Source of the DNA: an uncultured Lamprocystis sp.
Lineage (GTDB): Bacteria > Pseudomonadota > Gammaproteobacteria > Chromatiales > Chromatiaceae
Direction: 5' to 3'
NCBI GenBank assembly: GCA_964470155.1
Contig: CAYYAY010000003.1
Location: 107,677 to 171,676, forward strand
Length of the DNA stretch: 64,000 bases
Both the position numbers and the translations under genes were made by a program. Positions 28,657-40,689 of the stretch are shown one piece after another (position 1 is the first letter of the stretch; every line of letters begins with the position of its first letter). The notes under the pieces are model-generated. The model was given only the letters and a program-made list of their open reading frames with translations. It searched no databases and had not been told where the DNA came from.

Positions 28657-28756
28657 TACGGAACGGTTTTGAGTTTTCGGTTTGCCGTTCTTGGTTAATG
28701 CTTATCAAGCATCGGGTTACGAAAAACGACAAACGAGAAACCAACAACGACAAGTC
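28657..28756 (+). mobile_element. 100-bp MITE-like element, copy 4 (diverged)
   Basis: tacggaacggttttgagttttcgg...ccaacaacgacaagtc with TA/TA flanks; lies in the pheS-pheT spacer. Confidence 0.7.
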
Positions 28757-28806
28757 TATCTGTGAACCTGAAAACCTGTGAACCGGAAAAGACGCTCTTC
28801 CTGGGA

Positions 28807-29931
<1,125 letters not shown>

Positions 29932-30145
29932 ACATCAATAAAAAAATCCGCACAATCGCTTTGCGATTGTCGCCGCGTCCTTGCGCGCGTGCGACGCGGC
30001 CGTGATCATGGTTCCGGCTACCGGATTGCGATCTGGGGTACGGTGAGCATGCGAACCGCACCACCCGCGGTGCGGTTCGTTCCTCACCGCACCCTACAAG
30101 TCCAACTCATCCGGTTGGCCGCACCGCTGTCCGAAGCCTGCGGCG

Positions 30146-30508
30146 TCAGGCCGCCGCCAGGGCGCCCTTGGCCTGTTCGGCGATGGCGGCAAAGGCGACA
30201 CTGTCGTGGTAGGCGATATCCGCCAGCATCTTGCGGTCGACCTCGATTCCGGCCTGCTTGAGTCCGTTGATCAGGCGGCTGTAGGACAAGCCGTTGTGGC
30301 GGGCGGCCGCGTTGATACGGGCGATCCACAGGGCGCGGAACTGGCGCTTCTTCTGGCGACGGTCGCGATAAGCATACTGGCCGGCTTTGATGACGGCCTG
30401 CTTGGCGACGCGAAAGACGCGACTACGTGCACCGTAGTAGCCTTTCGCCAACTTCATGATCTTTTTGTGACGGGCGTGTGCGGTTACGCCCCGTTTGACG
30501 CGTGGCAT
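30146..30508 (-). CDS. rplT: 50S ribosomal protein L20
   Basis: [16 protein letters not shown]...[24 protein letters not shown]. Confidence 0.98.
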   Translation of the reverse strand: MPRVKRGVTAHARHKKIMKLAKGYYGARSRVFRVAKQAVIKAGQYAYRDRRQKKRQFRALWIARINAAARHNGLSYSRLINGLKQAGIEVDRKMLADIAYHDSVAFAAIAEQAKGALAAA

Positions 30509-30540
30509 CTTCTCTCTCCGGTATCAGGTGCGATCAGTGA

Positions 30541-30735
30541 TCAGCAGTAAGGAATCATTCGCAGGGCAGACTTCAGGTCCGAGGAATGGACCAGCCGGGC
30601 CGCGCGCAGATGACGCTTCCGCTTGGTCGACTTCTTGGTCAGGATGTGACGCCGGAAAGCCGAATAACACTTGACGCCGGTGGCGGTGCGCTTCAGACGC
30701 TTGGCCGCCCCGCGATTGGTCTTGATCTTGGGCAT
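30541..30735 (-). CDS. rpmI: 50S ribosomal protein L35
   Basis: [15 protein letters not shown]...[15 protein letters not shown]. Confidence 0.97.
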   Translation of the reverse strand: MPKIKTNRGAAKRLKRTATGVKCYSAFRRHILTKKSTKRKRHLRAARLVHSSDLKSALRMIPYC

Positions 30736-30763
30736 AGTACTCAACTCCGCTATTGGCGAACTG

Positions 30764-31282
30764 TTATTTCTTCTTGGGGCCGAGCACCATCACCATCTGG
30801 CGTCCTTCCATCTGGGGTTGGGATTCCACGATGCTCAACTCGGTGAGGTCAGTCTCGATGCGCTTGAGCAACTCCAGCCCAAGTTCACGGTGCGCATGTT
30901 CGCGACCACGAAACCGCATGGTGACCTTCGCCTTGTCCCCTTCTTGGAGGAAACGTATCAGGTTGCGTAGTTTGACCTGATAGTCGCCCTCGTCCGTCCC
31001 TGGGCGAAACTTGATCTCCTTGATCTGGACCTGCTTCTGCTTCTTCTTAGCTTCGTTCTGCTTCTTTTTCTGGTCGAAGCGAAATTTGCCGTAGTCCATG
31101 AGGCGGCATACCGGGGGCTCAGCGGTCGGGACGATCTCCACGAGATCCATGCCCGCCTCTTCCGCCATTTCCAGGGCCTCACGGACCCTGACGACTCCGA
31201 CCTGGTTGCCGTCCGCGCCGATCAACCGTACTTCCGGAATGTTGATCTCGCGATTGACGCGGTTTCTCTTTGGTGCAGCGAT
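30764..31282 (-). CDS. infC: Translation initiation factor IF-3 (probable ATC start)
   Basis: [31 protein letters not shown]; GGAGG RBS 8 nt before the ATC at 31282. Confidence 0.95.
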   Translation of the reverse strand: MAAPKRNRVNREINIPEVRLIGADGNQVGVVRVREALEMAEEAGMDLVEIVPTAEPPVCRLMDYGKFRFDQKKKQNEAKKKQKQVQIKEIKFRPGTDEGDYQVKLRNLIRFLQEGDKAKVTMRFRGREHAHRELGLELLKRIETDLTELSIVESQPQMEGRQMVMVLGPKKK

Positions 31283-31489
31283 TGCCGGTTCCTCCACAAG
31301 GATTAAAAAAAGGCCGTCCATGTCCGAGTGCCGGGAGCGACCCGGCCTGCGCTTGCGTTGTCGAACGTCGGCACAGCGTGCGCCGACGCCGACCGCGGGT
31401 GGCGACGTCCGGTCGCCCCCCGCAACCTGTTATAGCCTCCTCACCTGATATCGAGACAGGCCCTTGGTGCAGGGGCCGGTCTTAAACCC

Positions 31490-31619
31490 GTAGGGGCGGG
31501 TTTGATACGGAACGGTTTTGAGTTTTCGGTTTTCGTTTTTAGTGAAGGACTATCAAACATTGGATTACGAAAAACGCGAAACGAAAAACCAACAACGACG
31601 GGTAGAAACCCGCCCCTAC
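31490..31619. repeat. GTAG REP (gtaggggcgggtttgaaacccgcccctac) interrupted by MITE copy 5
   Basis: Left arm gtaggggcgggttt at 31490 and right arm aaacccgcccctac ending at 31619. Confidence 0.8.
31506..31604 (+). mobile_element. MITE-like element, copy 5 (99 bp)
   Basis: Same family as copy 1; flanked by a GA/GA duplication inside the REP. Confidence 0.8.
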
Positions 31620-31660
31620 GTCCGGTGATCACGTTCGACGGCCATACTGCCACCCGGCCC

Positions 31661-33580
31661 TCAGTGTGCGCGCGTCGCGACCGCGTCGCTTAAGCAGGCC
31701 GTGAACCCGTCGAGATCGAATGACCCGAGATCCTGGCCCTTGCGATCACGGACCGTCAACTGCCCGGTTTCGACCTCACGATCACCAACGACCAGCAAAT
31801 AGGGGACCCGTTGCAGGGTGTACTCGCGAATCTTAAAGCCGATCTTCTCGTTTCTCAAGTCCGAATCCACACGGAAGCCCTTTTTGCGCAAGGCGTTAGC
31901 CACTTCGGTCGCATACGGGGCCTGCCGATCGGTGATATTCAGGACCACTGCCTGGACCGGCGCGAGCCAGACCGGCAACAAACCGGCGTAATGCTCGATC
32001 AAAATCCCGATAAAGCGCTCCACCGAGCCCAGAATCGCCCGGTGAATCATCACCGGAGTCTGCTTGCTGTTGTCCTCGGCGATATAGTGCGCGCCCAGGC
32101 GTCCGGGCATGGAGAAATCCACCTGGATGGTCCCGCATTGCCAGGCACGGCCGATGCTGTCATGCAGGGTAAACTCGATCTTGGGGCCATAGAAAGCGCC
32201 CTCACCCGGCTGGACCTTGAACTCCAGGCCCTTGGCCTTGAGCGCCAGATCCAGGGCCGCCTCGCCCTTGTCCCACAGGTCGTCGCTGCCGACCCGCTTC
32301 TCGGGGCGCAGCGACAGGGCCAGCGCGATCTGATCGAAACCGAAGTCACGATAGGTCTCAAAGACCATATCGATGAGGGTCGCGACCTCGGTCTGAAGCT
32401 GGTCCTCGGTACAGAAGACGTGGGCATCGTCCTGGGTGAAGCGCCGCGCCCGCATCAGCCCATGCAGGGTACCGGAGGGCTCGTTGCGGTGCACGACCCC
32501 GAACTCGGCGATGCGCAGGGGCAGGTCACGGTAGCTCTTCCACCCCTGGTTGTAGAGCTGGATGTGCCCTGGGCAGTTCATCGGCTTGATCGCGAAGTCG
32601 TGCTCGTCGATATGGGTGGTGTACATGCCGCCGGCGAACTTGTCCCAGTGACCGGAACGCTCCCATAGGGAACGGTCAAGAATCTGCGGCGTCTCCACCT
32701 CGTCGTAGCCGTACTCCATGAGCTTCTCGCGCATGTACTGTTCGGCCAGGCGATAGATGATGCGGCCCTTGGCGTGCCAGAAGGCCATGCCGGGCGCCTC
32801 GTCCTGGAAGTGGAACAGATCGAGCTGCTTGCCGAGCTTGCGATGGTCGCGCTTCTCGGCCTCTTCCAATCGGGTCAGATAGGCTTTGAGTTCTTTCTTG
32901 TCGCGCCAGGCGGTGCCGTAGATGCGCTGCAACTGGGCGTTCTTCGAGTCGCCGCGCCAGTAGGCGCCGGCCACCTTGGTCAACTTGAAGCCCTCGCCCA
33001 GGCGGCCGGTGCTCGGCAGATGCGGCCCGCGGCAGACATCGAACCAGTCGCCCTGGCGGTAGATCGAGACCTCTTCACCCACCGGGATGAGGTCCTCGAT
33101 GATCTCGACCTTGTAGGTCTCGCCGAGCGCGGCGAAGACCCCTTTGGCCTGCTCCCGGTCCATGACCTCGCGCACGATCGGCAGATCGCGCTTGACGATC
33201 TCGTGCATGCGCGCTTCGATCAGCGCCAGGTCGTCCGGGGTGAAGGGCGCGGCGCGGGCGAAGTCGTAATAGAAGCCGTTTTCGATTGCGGGGCCGATGG
33301 TTACCTGGGTACCGGGATAGAGTTCCTGCACCGCCTGGGCCATGACATGGGCGGCATCGTGGCGCAGCAGTTCCAGGGCCTCTGTTTCGTCCTTGGCGGT
33401 AACGATGGCGAGCATGGCGTCGGTGTCGATCACGAACGAAGTGTCGACCAGCCGGCCGTCCACCCGTCCGGCCAGGGCCGCCTTGGCGAGACCCGGACCA
33501 ATGGACGCGGCCACCTGATGCACGGACACCGGGGCGTCGAACTGACGGAGCGAACCGTCGGGAAGTGTTATCTGGGGCAT
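31661..33580 (-). CDS. thrS: Threonine-tRNA ligase
   Basis: [53 protein letters not shown]. Confidence 0.98.
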   Translation of the reverse strand: MPQITLPDGSLRQFDAPVSVHQVAASIGPGLAKAALAGRVDGRLVDTSFVIDTDAMLAIVTAKDETEALELLRHDAAHVMAQAVQELYPGTQVTIGPAIENGFYYDFARAAPFTPDDLALIEARMHEIVKRDLPIVREVMDREQAKGVFAALGETYKVEIIEDLIPVGEEVSIYRQGDWFDVCRGPHLPSTGRLGEGFKLTKVAGAYWRGDSKNAQLQRIYGTAWRDKKELKAYLTRLEEAEKRDHRKLGKQLDLFHFQDEAPGMAFWHAKGRIIYRLAEQYMREKLMEYGYDEVETPQILDRSLWERSGHWDKFAGGMYTTHIDEHDFAIKPMNCPGHIQLYNQGWKSYRDLPLRIAEFGVVHRNEPSGTLHGLMRARRFTQDDAHVFCTEDQLQTEVATLIDMVFETYRDFGFDQIALALSLRPEKRVGSDDLWDKGEAALDLALKAKGLEFKVQPGEGAFYGPKIEFTLHDSIGRAWQCGTIQVDFSMPGRLGAHYIAEDNSKQTPVMIHRAILGSVERFIGILIEHYAGLLPVWLAPVQAVVLNITDRQAPYATEVANALRKKGFRVDSDLRNEKIGFKIREYTLQRVPYLLVVGDREVETGQLTVRDRKGQDLGSFDLDGFTACLSDAVATRAH

Positions 33581-33771
33581 GGGCGAATCCTTTTGATTCA
33601 GTGGTGATCGATACCAAGGATCACATGACGGATCGCCTGACGCGAACTTCAGGCGGGAACCAAACGAAACAGCCGCCAGCGGCCGGTCACCAGCATCCAC
33701 TCCCCCGGCAATCACCACGACGGGCGAGACCGGGCTGGACGCTTGCGACTGGCCGCGTGCGGCTGGAATAT

Positions 33772-33848
33772 TGGTAGGCGCGATTGGACTCGAACCAACG
33801 ACCCCCACCATGTCAAGGTGGTGCTCTAACCAGCTGAGCTACGCGCCT
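33772..33848 (-). tRNA. tRNA-Val(GAC)
   Basis: Minus strand aggcgcgtagctcagctggttagagcaccaccttgacatggtgggggtcgttggttcgagtccaatcgcgcctacca; anticodon GAC. Confidence 0.97.
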
Positions 33849-33929
33849 GTCGTCAAGAGCCCACAATGTTAACGACCTGCCGGGGTCTTGGCAAATCTTT
33901 TCTTTGTCGAGGCATCGAAAACAGGATCT

Positions 33930-34150
33930 CGTGACACCGCTTCGCGGTGTCACGCTCCCCCGGCGCTCCGCGCCTCGACCCTGGTGCTGGTACACCCCAG
34001 CACTGGCGATGGTCGAGTGCGCGCAATTCTGTGGGAGGGGAAGAGTTGATCGAAGTGTTTCGCGACTGGCAGACCAGGGCGCAGAGCGCCAGGACATGCG
34101 TGACACCGCGGGAGCGGTGTCACGAGGGAATCTCAGGAGCGGTGTCACGG
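33930..34150. repeat. GTGACACCGC/GCGGTGTCAC REP cluster (REPIN-like)
   Basis: cgtgacaccgcttcgcggtgtcacg at 33930, cgtgacaccgcgggagcggtgtcacg near 34099, and a half copy near 34137. Confidence 0.7.
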
Positions 34151-34221
34151 GGGAACCAGGTACCAGGACCGGCGAACTGGGCTAAGATCCGCTGATCATC
34201 AACCGCCACCATAACAAACCC

Positions 34222-35748
34222 ATGACCACCATCCGCGAGTCCGATTTCGTCCAGAGTATCGCCGACGCTCTCCAGTTCATCTCTTATTACCACCCCCGCG
34301 ACTATCTCCAGGCACTGGCAGCAGCCTATGACGCGGAAGAATCCCCGGCGGCCAAGGACGCCATGGCTCAAATCCTGGTCAACTCGCGCATGTGCGCCGA
34401 GGGCCATCGACCGATCTGCCAGGATACGGGCTCGGTGGTGGCCTTTCTGAAGGTCGGCATGGCGGTGCGCTGGGACACGCTCCTCAGCATCCAGGAGTTG
34501 GTCGATGCCGGGGTGCGGCTGGCCTACCAGTACCCGGACAATGTCCTGCGCGCGTCCATCGTGTCCCCGCCGATCGGTGCGCGTAAGAACACCGGCGACA
34601 ACACCCCGGCGGTGGTCCATGTGGAGTTGGTGCCCGGCGATCAGGTGGAGGTGCGTCTCGCGGCCAAGGGCGGCGGGTCGGAGAACAAGTCCAAGTTCAC
34701 CATCCTTAACCCCAGCGACAGCCTGGTGGACTGGGTGCTCAAGACGGTCCCGACCATGGGCGCCGGCTGGTGCCCGCCGGGCATGCTCGGGATCGGCATC
34801 GGCGGTTCGGCCGAAAAGGCGATGCTGATGGCCAAGGAGGCCTTGCTGGGACACATCGATATCCAGGAACTCAAGGCCCGCGGCCCGGCGGACCCCATCG
34901 AGGAACTGCGCCTGGAACTTTATGAGAAGGTGAATGCGCTGGGCATCGGCGCCCAAGGGCTGGGCGGTCTGACCACGGTGCTGGATGTGAAGATCCTGAG
35001 CTTCCCCACCCATGCGGCCTCACTGCCGGTGGCCATGATCCCCAACTGTGCCGCGACCCGGCATCTGGACTTTACCCTCGACGGCAGCGGTCCGGCTACG
35101 CTTGAGCCGCCCCGCCTGGCCGACTGGCCGACCATCGCCTATGACGCGACCACCGGTGCACGCCGGGTGAATCTGGACACGGTGACCCGCGATGAGATCG
35201 CGACCTGGCAGCCCGGCGAGCGCCTGCTGCTTTCCGGCCGACTGCTGACCGGGCGCGACGCCGCCCATAAGCGGATGGTGGACCTGCTCAACAGCGGCGA
35301 GGGCCTGCCGGAGGGCGTGGACCTGCGCGGGCGCTTCATCTATTACGTCGGTCCGGTCGACCCGGTCGGCGACGAGGTGGTCGGCCCCGCCGGTCCGACG
35401 ACGGCCACCCGGATGGACAAGTTTACCGAGCAGATGCTGAGCCGGACCGGGCTGATCGGCATGGTCGGCAAGGCCGAGCGCGGACCCGCGGCGATCGAGG
35501 CGATCCGCCGTCACGGCGCTGTTTATCTGATGGCGGTGGGCGGGGCGGCCTATCTGGTCGCCAAGGCGATCAAGTCCTCGCGACTGGTTGCCTTCGGTGA
35601 CCTGGGGATGGAAGCGATCCGCGAGTTCGAGGTCGACGACATGCCGGTGACCGTCGCGGTCGACAGCCGCGGTGAGTCGGTCCATACGACGGGCCCGGCG
35701 CAGTGGCGGGCCCGCATCGGCAAGATCCCGGTGGCCGTCGCGGGTTAG
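34222..35748 (+). CDS. Class I (Fe-S) fumarate hydratase
   Basis: RPICQDTG, AKGGGSENKS, GAGWCPPG, IPNCAATRH, TGRDAAHKR, GPTTATRMD. Confidence 0.93.
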   Translation: MTTIRESDFVQSIADALQFISYYHPRDYLQALAAAYDAEESPAAKDAMAQILVNSRMCAEGHRPICQDTGSVVAFLKVGMAVRWDTLLSIQELVDAGVRLAYQYPDNVLRASIVSPPIGARKNTGDNTPAVVHVELVPGDQVEVRLAAKGGGSENKSKFTILNPSDSLVDWVLKTVPTMGAGWCPPGMLGIGIGGSAEKAMLMAKEALLGHIDIQELKARGPADPIEELRLELYEKVNALGIGAQGLGGLTTVLDVKILSFPTHAASLPVAMIPNCAATRHLDFTLDGSGPATLEPPRLADWPTIAYDATTGARRVNLDTVTRDEIATWQPGERLLLSGRLLTGRDAAHKRMVDLLNSGEGLPEGVDLRGRFIYYVGPVDPVGDEVVGPAGPTTATRMDKFTEQMLSRTGLIGMVGKAERGPAAIEAIRRHGAVYLMAVGGAAYLVAKAIKSSRLVAFGDLGMEAIREFEVDDMPVTVAVDSRGESVHTTGPAQWRARIGKIPVAVAG

Positions 35749-35804
35749 GGAACAGCATTGGCATACGGCAATCGCCTCAACCGTTTCTTTAGGAGCATCC
35801 GATC

Positions 35805-36791
35805 ATGACCACCTACCCCGCCTTTCGCATCCACCATGACGCCGCCGGTCACCACGCCGGTCTCGAGGATCTGCCGAAGCCCACTCCCGCGGACGGCGAG
35901 GTGCTGATCCGGGTCCAGTATTCGGGGGTCAACTATAAGGACGCCCTGGCCGGGACCGGGCGCGGCAAGATTCTGCGCACCTTCCCGCTGGTCGGCGGGG
36001 CCGATGCCGCCGGCGTCGTGGAGCAGTCGGCCCATCCCTGCTATCAGCCGGGCGACGCCGTGATCGTCACCGGCTGGGGCCTCACCTTCGACCATGATGG
36101 CGGCTTCGCGGGCTATCTGTGCTGCCCGGCGGAATGGCTGGTGCCGATGCCCGCCGGGCTCGATACCCGCACCGCGATGATCCTGGGCACCGCCGGCTTC
36201 ACGGCGGCGCTGGCGGTGCACCGCATGTTGAACAACGGGCAGGACCCGGCGCTGGGGCCGGTGCTGGTCACCGGCGCCAGCGGCGGGGTCGGCTCCATGG
36301 CGGTGGGGATCCTCGCGCGGCTCGGCTTCCAGGTGACGGCCATCTCCGGCAAGCCGGAACTCGCCGACTGGCTGCAGGGACTGGGCGCGACACAGATCCT
36401 GCCGCGCGACGCGCTGGCGGAAGCCCGGCGCCCGCTGGAACAGGCCCGCTGGGGCGGCGCGGTGGACAATGTGGGCGGCGAACTCCTGGCCCAGATCACG
36501 CGCACCGTCGTCCCCGGCGGCAACATTGCAAGCATCGGGCTGGTCGGCGGACATGAACTCCACACCACCGTCATGCCCTTCATCCTGCGCGGGGTCAGCC
36601 TGCTGGGATGCAACTCGGTCGACGTGCCCTACCCGCTGCGCAAGACATTCTGGGAGCACCTGGCCGCTGACTGGCAGCCGCGGAATCTAGACGGGCTGGC
36701 TTCGGAGACGGTCGGGCTCGCGGACTTGCCCGAGGTGTTCGAACGGGTGCTCGCCGGCAAGACCCATGGACGGGTGTTGGTGGCGATTTAG
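35805..36791 (+). CDS. YhdH/AcuI-type MDR oxidoreductase (acryloyl-CoA reductase-like)
   Basis: YSGVNYKDALA, GTAGFTAAL, VTGASGGVGS, TTVMPFILRGVSLLG. Confidence 0.9.
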   Translation: MTTYPAFRIHHDAAGHHAGLEDLPKPTPADGEVLIRVQYSGVNYKDALAGTGRGKILRTFPLVGGADAAGVVEQSAHPCYQPGDAVIVTGWGLTFDHDGGFAGYLCCPAEWLVPMPAGLDTRTAMILGTAGFTAALAVHRMLNNGQDPALGPVLVTGASGGVGSMAVGILARLGFQVTAISGKPELADWLQGLGATQILPRDALAEARRPLEQARWGGAVDNVGGELLAQITRTVVPGGNIASIGLVGGHELHTTVMPFILRGVSLLGCNSVDVPYPLRKTFWEHLAADWQPRNLDGLASETVGLADLPEVFERVLAGKTHGRVLVAI

Positions 36792-36799
36792 CAGCCAGT

Positions 36800-37588
36800 T
36801 CAGGGCTCGATACCCAACGAACGCAAACGCTCGGCCAGACGTTCGGCCCGGTCGCGTTCCTGCTCCGCCCGCACGGTCGCCTGTTCAGCACGAATGGACT
36901 CCTGCGCCGCATGTGCGGCAGCCGCTGCGGCACGTGCGCTGGCCTCTGCGGCGCGGGCGTCCGCCTCATCAGCGCGCGCGGTCGCTTGTTCCGCCAGGGA
37001 CGCGGCCTGGCGCGCGCGCTGCGCCAGTTCCACTGAACTCAGAAACGGCTGCCCTTGGGGATCGAAAATCTCCAGCGTCTCGCCGGTCAGGGCGAAACGG
37101 ATGCCGAGCCGCGGACTGGTCCAGCCCCGAAGATGGGACATCCGGCGCAACCGCGCTTCCTGGCGCAGCCAGACCTCGAGCGTGTTGGGGGATGGGTCGT
37201 AGACGTAATATTCCTCGACCCCGAAGGTGTCGTAAAAGGCCAGCTTGTCGGCCATCTCCATCGCACTGTTGGCCGGCGAGAGAATCTCGAAGACCACCTG
37301 CGGGGCGATACCGCCCTCCTCCCATTGTTTGTAGGAACCCCGTCGACCCTTCGGTCGGCCGATCACGACCATTACATCCGGCGCCACCGGTCCGGAGATG
37401 CGGCGTTCGGGCACCGGGTACCAAAAGAGGTCCCCGGCGATGAAGACATTGGGGTCCCCGGCGAAGAGAATTTCAAGATTTTCCTTGATTTTGACCAGCC
37501 ACTCATACTGTTCGGTGTTCTCCGCCATAGGCTGTCCGTCGCTCTCCGGATAGGGGTCGTCGGGGTCGTAATGCGGGAGTGCATTCAT
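36800..37588 (-). CDS. Uma2 family endonuclease with coiled-coil tail
   Basis: YPESDGQPMAENT, APDVMVV, PQVVFEILSP, YDTFGVEEYYVYDP; C-terminal RAE-rich tail ending RLAERLRSLGIEP. Confidence 0.9.
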   Translation of the reverse strand: MNALPHYDPDDPYPESDGQPMAENTEQYEWLVKIKENLEILFAGDPNVFIAGDLFWYPVPERRISGPVAPDVMVVIGRPKGRRGSYKQWEEGGIAPQVVFEILSPANSAMEMADKLAFYDTFGVEEYYVYDPSPNTLEVWLRQEARLRRMSHLRGWTSPRLGIRFALTGETLEIFDPQGQPFLSSVELAQRARQAASLAEQATARADEADARAAEASARAAAAAAHAAQESIRAEQATVRAEQERDRAERLAERLRSLGIEP

Positions 37589-37877
37589 CGGTTGAGTCCT
37601 CCTTCGGAGTCAGCCCAACGGTCATGATCGGGGCGCTCGCCCCCGCCCATGAAAGTTGGGCTATGCTTAGGGGGCCGCGCCAAGGCCGCGAAGTTATAGG
37701 CACCCACGGGGGTGGTGCTTGACCGAGCGCCGGAGGCCCGGCCACCGCCGTACCCCTATCGTGTCTCATTGAGACCGCGAGGATTGTTCTTGTCTCTGCG
37801 CCCGCCCGACTTTCACGGCAACCCCTAGCATAACGAAAGCCCGAAGCCGATTTCTACCCGCGGGTTCCGGCCCATGT

Positions 37878-38621
37878 TCAAGCATCAGCCCTGGCGATGA
37901 TGGCCCCGACCTCCGCGTTGCGCATGTGGAGCAGCAGTCGCTTGGTCGGCGACAGGGTACCGTAGCGATACCCCGGATGGGTCGCCTCGACCGTCAGACC
38001 GGCTTGACTGACTTTGCTCAACCAAGCGTGCAGCGAATGGAAACACACGCCGACCCCGGCGGTATTGGCGCCCAGGCGCTGAGTGAAGGCCTTGAGCAAG
38101 CGGCTTGCGGTCAGCGTGTAGATCAGGCGCGACGGCAGATCGTCGATCAGCAGGCCGGGATAATAGTTCTCGAAGATCACCAGAATCCCGCCCGGTGCCA
38201 GCAGTTTGCGTGCATCGATGAGGCCTTGCAGTTGCAGCGCCTGGGTTTGCCGATAGGTATCGGCCACAAAATGGTGCAGGACCCAGTTGAAGAAGATGAC
38301 GTCGAACCGGTGCCGCGGATCGAACGCGGCACCCTGAAAAGTGCCGCTCACCAACGTCTTGGACGGATGCGGCAGATTGCGCTCGCGCAACGTCTGGGAG
38401 GGCTCCACGATGACCCCTTCCGCCCGTGGATAGGCATCGAGCACCCGATCGGTAAAGATGCCATTGCCGCCGCCGACATCCAGAAAGCGCGACGGCCGCA
38501 CCAGGCGCGGCTCCAGATGGGGTTCGATCAGCGCCCAGAGTTGCGGAATCACATACTCGACATCGAAGGACTCGGTCTGCTGGTCGGCGAGGAGCCTGGG
38601 CGGGGTGGTGGTGGTCTGCAC
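37878..38621 (-). CDS. Class I SAM-dependent methyltransferase
   Basis: FLDVGGGNG, FDVIFFNWVLHHF, LAPGGILVIFE; probable GTG start at 38621. Confidence 0.85.
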   Translation of the reverse strand: MQTTTTPPRLLADQQTESFDVEYVIPQLWALIEPHLEPRLVRPSRFLDVGGGNGIFTDRVLDAYPRAEGVIVEPSQTLRERNLPHPSKTLVSGTFQGAAFDPRHRFDVIFFNWVLHHFVADTYRQTQALQLQGLIDARKLLAPGGILVIFENYYPGLLIDDLPSRLIYTLTASRLLKAFTQRLGANTAGVGVCFHSLHAWLSKVSQAGLTVEATHPGYRYGTLSPTKRLLLHMRNAEVGAIIARADA

Positions 38622-38997
38622 GCGGGGCCTCCGATTGCGGTCTGGTGTTGGTACCCTGGTGCAGGATCGACTAAAACGGAATGGATTTCCGCAAATGGAT
38701 GCAAAAAAACGCAAAAAATTTGCTTTTGTTGGGGAAGACTCCTGCTACATCACGTCGAACGTGATATCGCGACCTGGCAGCCTGTAGGACTTACACTGAT
38801 AGTAGTTTGATATAAAGATATTTCGGCGCCTTCTGCGTGCGCCGTTATATCTCGCAAAGACTCAAATCGCACTTCGCATTGATGATGTTTTGGCGTGGTT
38901 CAAGGCTCAAGGTGCCGAGTATCAGACCCGCATGAACGCTGTGTAGATGATTGGTCATGAGCACGTAGGCATGCAGCGCGCCGCGCTGGAGCCCAGA

Positions 38998-40134
38998 TCA
39001 CTCGCCCGCGGCACCCCGAGCAATGATCGCCCGAATTTCGGCCTCCTGGGCCTCGATGGACGCGACCAGCGCAAACTGGATTGTGGCCTTGTGCAGGTTC
39101 TGACCCGGATAGGCGACTCGAAAATACCGGTCGCGTTCCAGGTGATCGTTGAGAAAACGCAGGCCCAGCTCGAAGGGCATGAGGCGGATGCTGTCGTAGC
39201 ACAGCGCCAGGTCGGCGGCGGTGAGAAATCCGCGCGTCTCCGCGAAATAGGCACCGAGGATCTGCTCGCAGATGTCCAGATCGAAACGCACCGCGCCGGT
39301 GTCGCCGGACGGGCCGGACTCGCCGCCGCGGTTGCAGCAGGAGCGCAGACAGTCGCCAAGATCATGCTGGATCAGACCGGGCTGGACTGTATCCAGGTCG
39401 ATCAGCGCCAGCGCCCGACCGTCCACCCGGTGGAACAGGATGTTGTCGATCTTCGGATCGCCATGGGTGACCCGCAAGGGGATGCGGCCGGCGGCCAGGG
39501 CGTCCTCCAGCACCCAGGCCAAGGGGGCGTGGGTGTCGATGAAGGCGGTGCAGGCACGCACCGAGGCGTCGTCGGCGGCCCAGGTGGCCTGCCCGCGCAG
39601 GGCCAGGTGACGCAACATATAATCGGGTGTCTGATGAAAACCGGGCAGCGTGAACTCCAGGCGGTCCGTGGCCAAATCCTGGGTCAAACGATGAAAGCGC
39701 CCCAGGGCGCGGCCGACTTGCGCGGCCTGCGCCGCGGTGCCGATCCGCTCCAGGGTGACCGCGTCCGCAATCAGTTCCATCAGCCGCCAGAGATCGCCGG
39801 CGGCTGTGCGCAGGTAGGGTCGGCCGTCGGCGGCGGGGACCAGGGCCGGCACCCGCAGCCCATCCGTGCCCGCGGCATGAGCGGCGAGTACGGACAGATT
39901 GGTCATGATCCGCTCGGCGCGTGGGAAGACCCGCTGATTGACGCGCTGGAGCACGTAGCGACCGCTGTCGGTCGTCACCGCGAAGGTGTCGTTGATCAGC
40001 CCTTTACCCAGGGGCAGGATCGGACCGACCGCAGCGCCGACGGTGAAGCCCGCGACGATTCCGCTGAGATCCGGCCAGGCGGGTGAGTCCGGAACAGGGA
40101 CCGCATCGCTATCGTCCGCGATGGCCATGGTCAT
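38998..40134 (-). CDS. APH/choline-kinase-fold phosphotransferase (N-acetylhexosamine 1-kinase-like)
   Basis: GKGLINDTF, YVLQRVN, RVTHGDPKIDNILF, IDLDTVQPG. Confidence 0.85.
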   Translation of the reverse strand: MTMAIADDSDAVPVPDSPAWPDLSGIVAGFTVGAAVGPILPLGKGLINDTFAVTTDSGRYVLQRVNQRVFPRAERIMTNLSVLAAHAAGTDGLRVPALVPAADGRPYLRTAAGDLWRLMELIADAVTLERIGTAAQAAQVGRALGRFHRLTQDLATDRLEFTLPGFHQTPDYMLRHLALRGQATWAADDASVRACTAFIDTHAPLAWVLEDALAAGRIPLRVTHGDPKIDNILFHRVDGRALALIDLDTVQPGLIQHDLGDCLRSCCNRGGESGPSGDTGAVRFDLDICEQILGAYFAETRGFLTAADLALCYDSIRLMPFELGLRFLNDHLERDRYFRVAYPGQNLHKATIQFALVASIEAQEAEIRAIIARGAAGE

Positions 40135-40673
40135 GGACCCGAATGCGGCCGCAGGGTCAGGGTCTCCCCGCGCTGGATCAGTTCGAGTTGTTTTAGATAA
40201 CTCATCCCCAGCAGGACCTCATCACCAGGCATGTTGGGCAGTACGCTGGCGCGCACGTTACGGGCCACCAGGCCCCCAAGGTCGACGGTCGCCAGACGCG
40301 TACTCCAGGTCTCGACAGTCCCGTTGGCGGTCTGGCTGATACCGCCGGGGCGCAGCGCCAGACCCAACCGGCGGGCCAGCGACAGCGGCAGGGCCACGTC
40401 GGTGGCACCGGTATCCACCAGGAACACGACGGACTGACCATTGATCCATCCGCCGGCCACGTAATGACCGGCCCGGTTGCGGCGCAGCACGACCTGGGGC
40501 ACACCGGTCTGCGTCGTACCGGCAACCGGATCAGGGTTGGGGTTGCGCTGACGCTCGATGACGCCGTTAAAGAACAGGACCAGGAGCGCCAGGCCGACAA
40601 CCCAGGCCGCGAACAGCATGGCGCGACCCAGCCGGGAGGGGCTGTCCTCGCTGTTCGGGGTTGGGTCTTTCAT
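40131..40673 (-). CDS. Clan AA (retropepsin-like) aspartic protease, TIGR02281-type
   Basis: N-terminal TM helix, RNRAGHY, FLVDTGAT, TANG, VLLGMSYL. Confidence 0.9.
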   Translation of the reverse strand: MKDPTPNSEDSPSRLGRAMLFAAWVVGLALLVLFFNGVIERQRNPNPDPVAGTTQTGVPQVVLRRNRAGHYVAGGWINGQSVVFLVDTGATDVALPLSLARRLGLALRPGGISQTANGTVETWSTRLATVDLGGLVARNVRASVLPNMPGDEVLLGMSYLKQLELIQRGETLTLRPHSGP

Positions 40674-40689
40674 GCGGCTGAAGGCCGAC

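Noticed and set aside
36800-37588. Uma2 nuclease with a long Ala/Arg/Glu coiled-coil tail as a defence novelty
   Set aside because: A very common multi-copy family with a typical tail; isolated among housekeeping genes.
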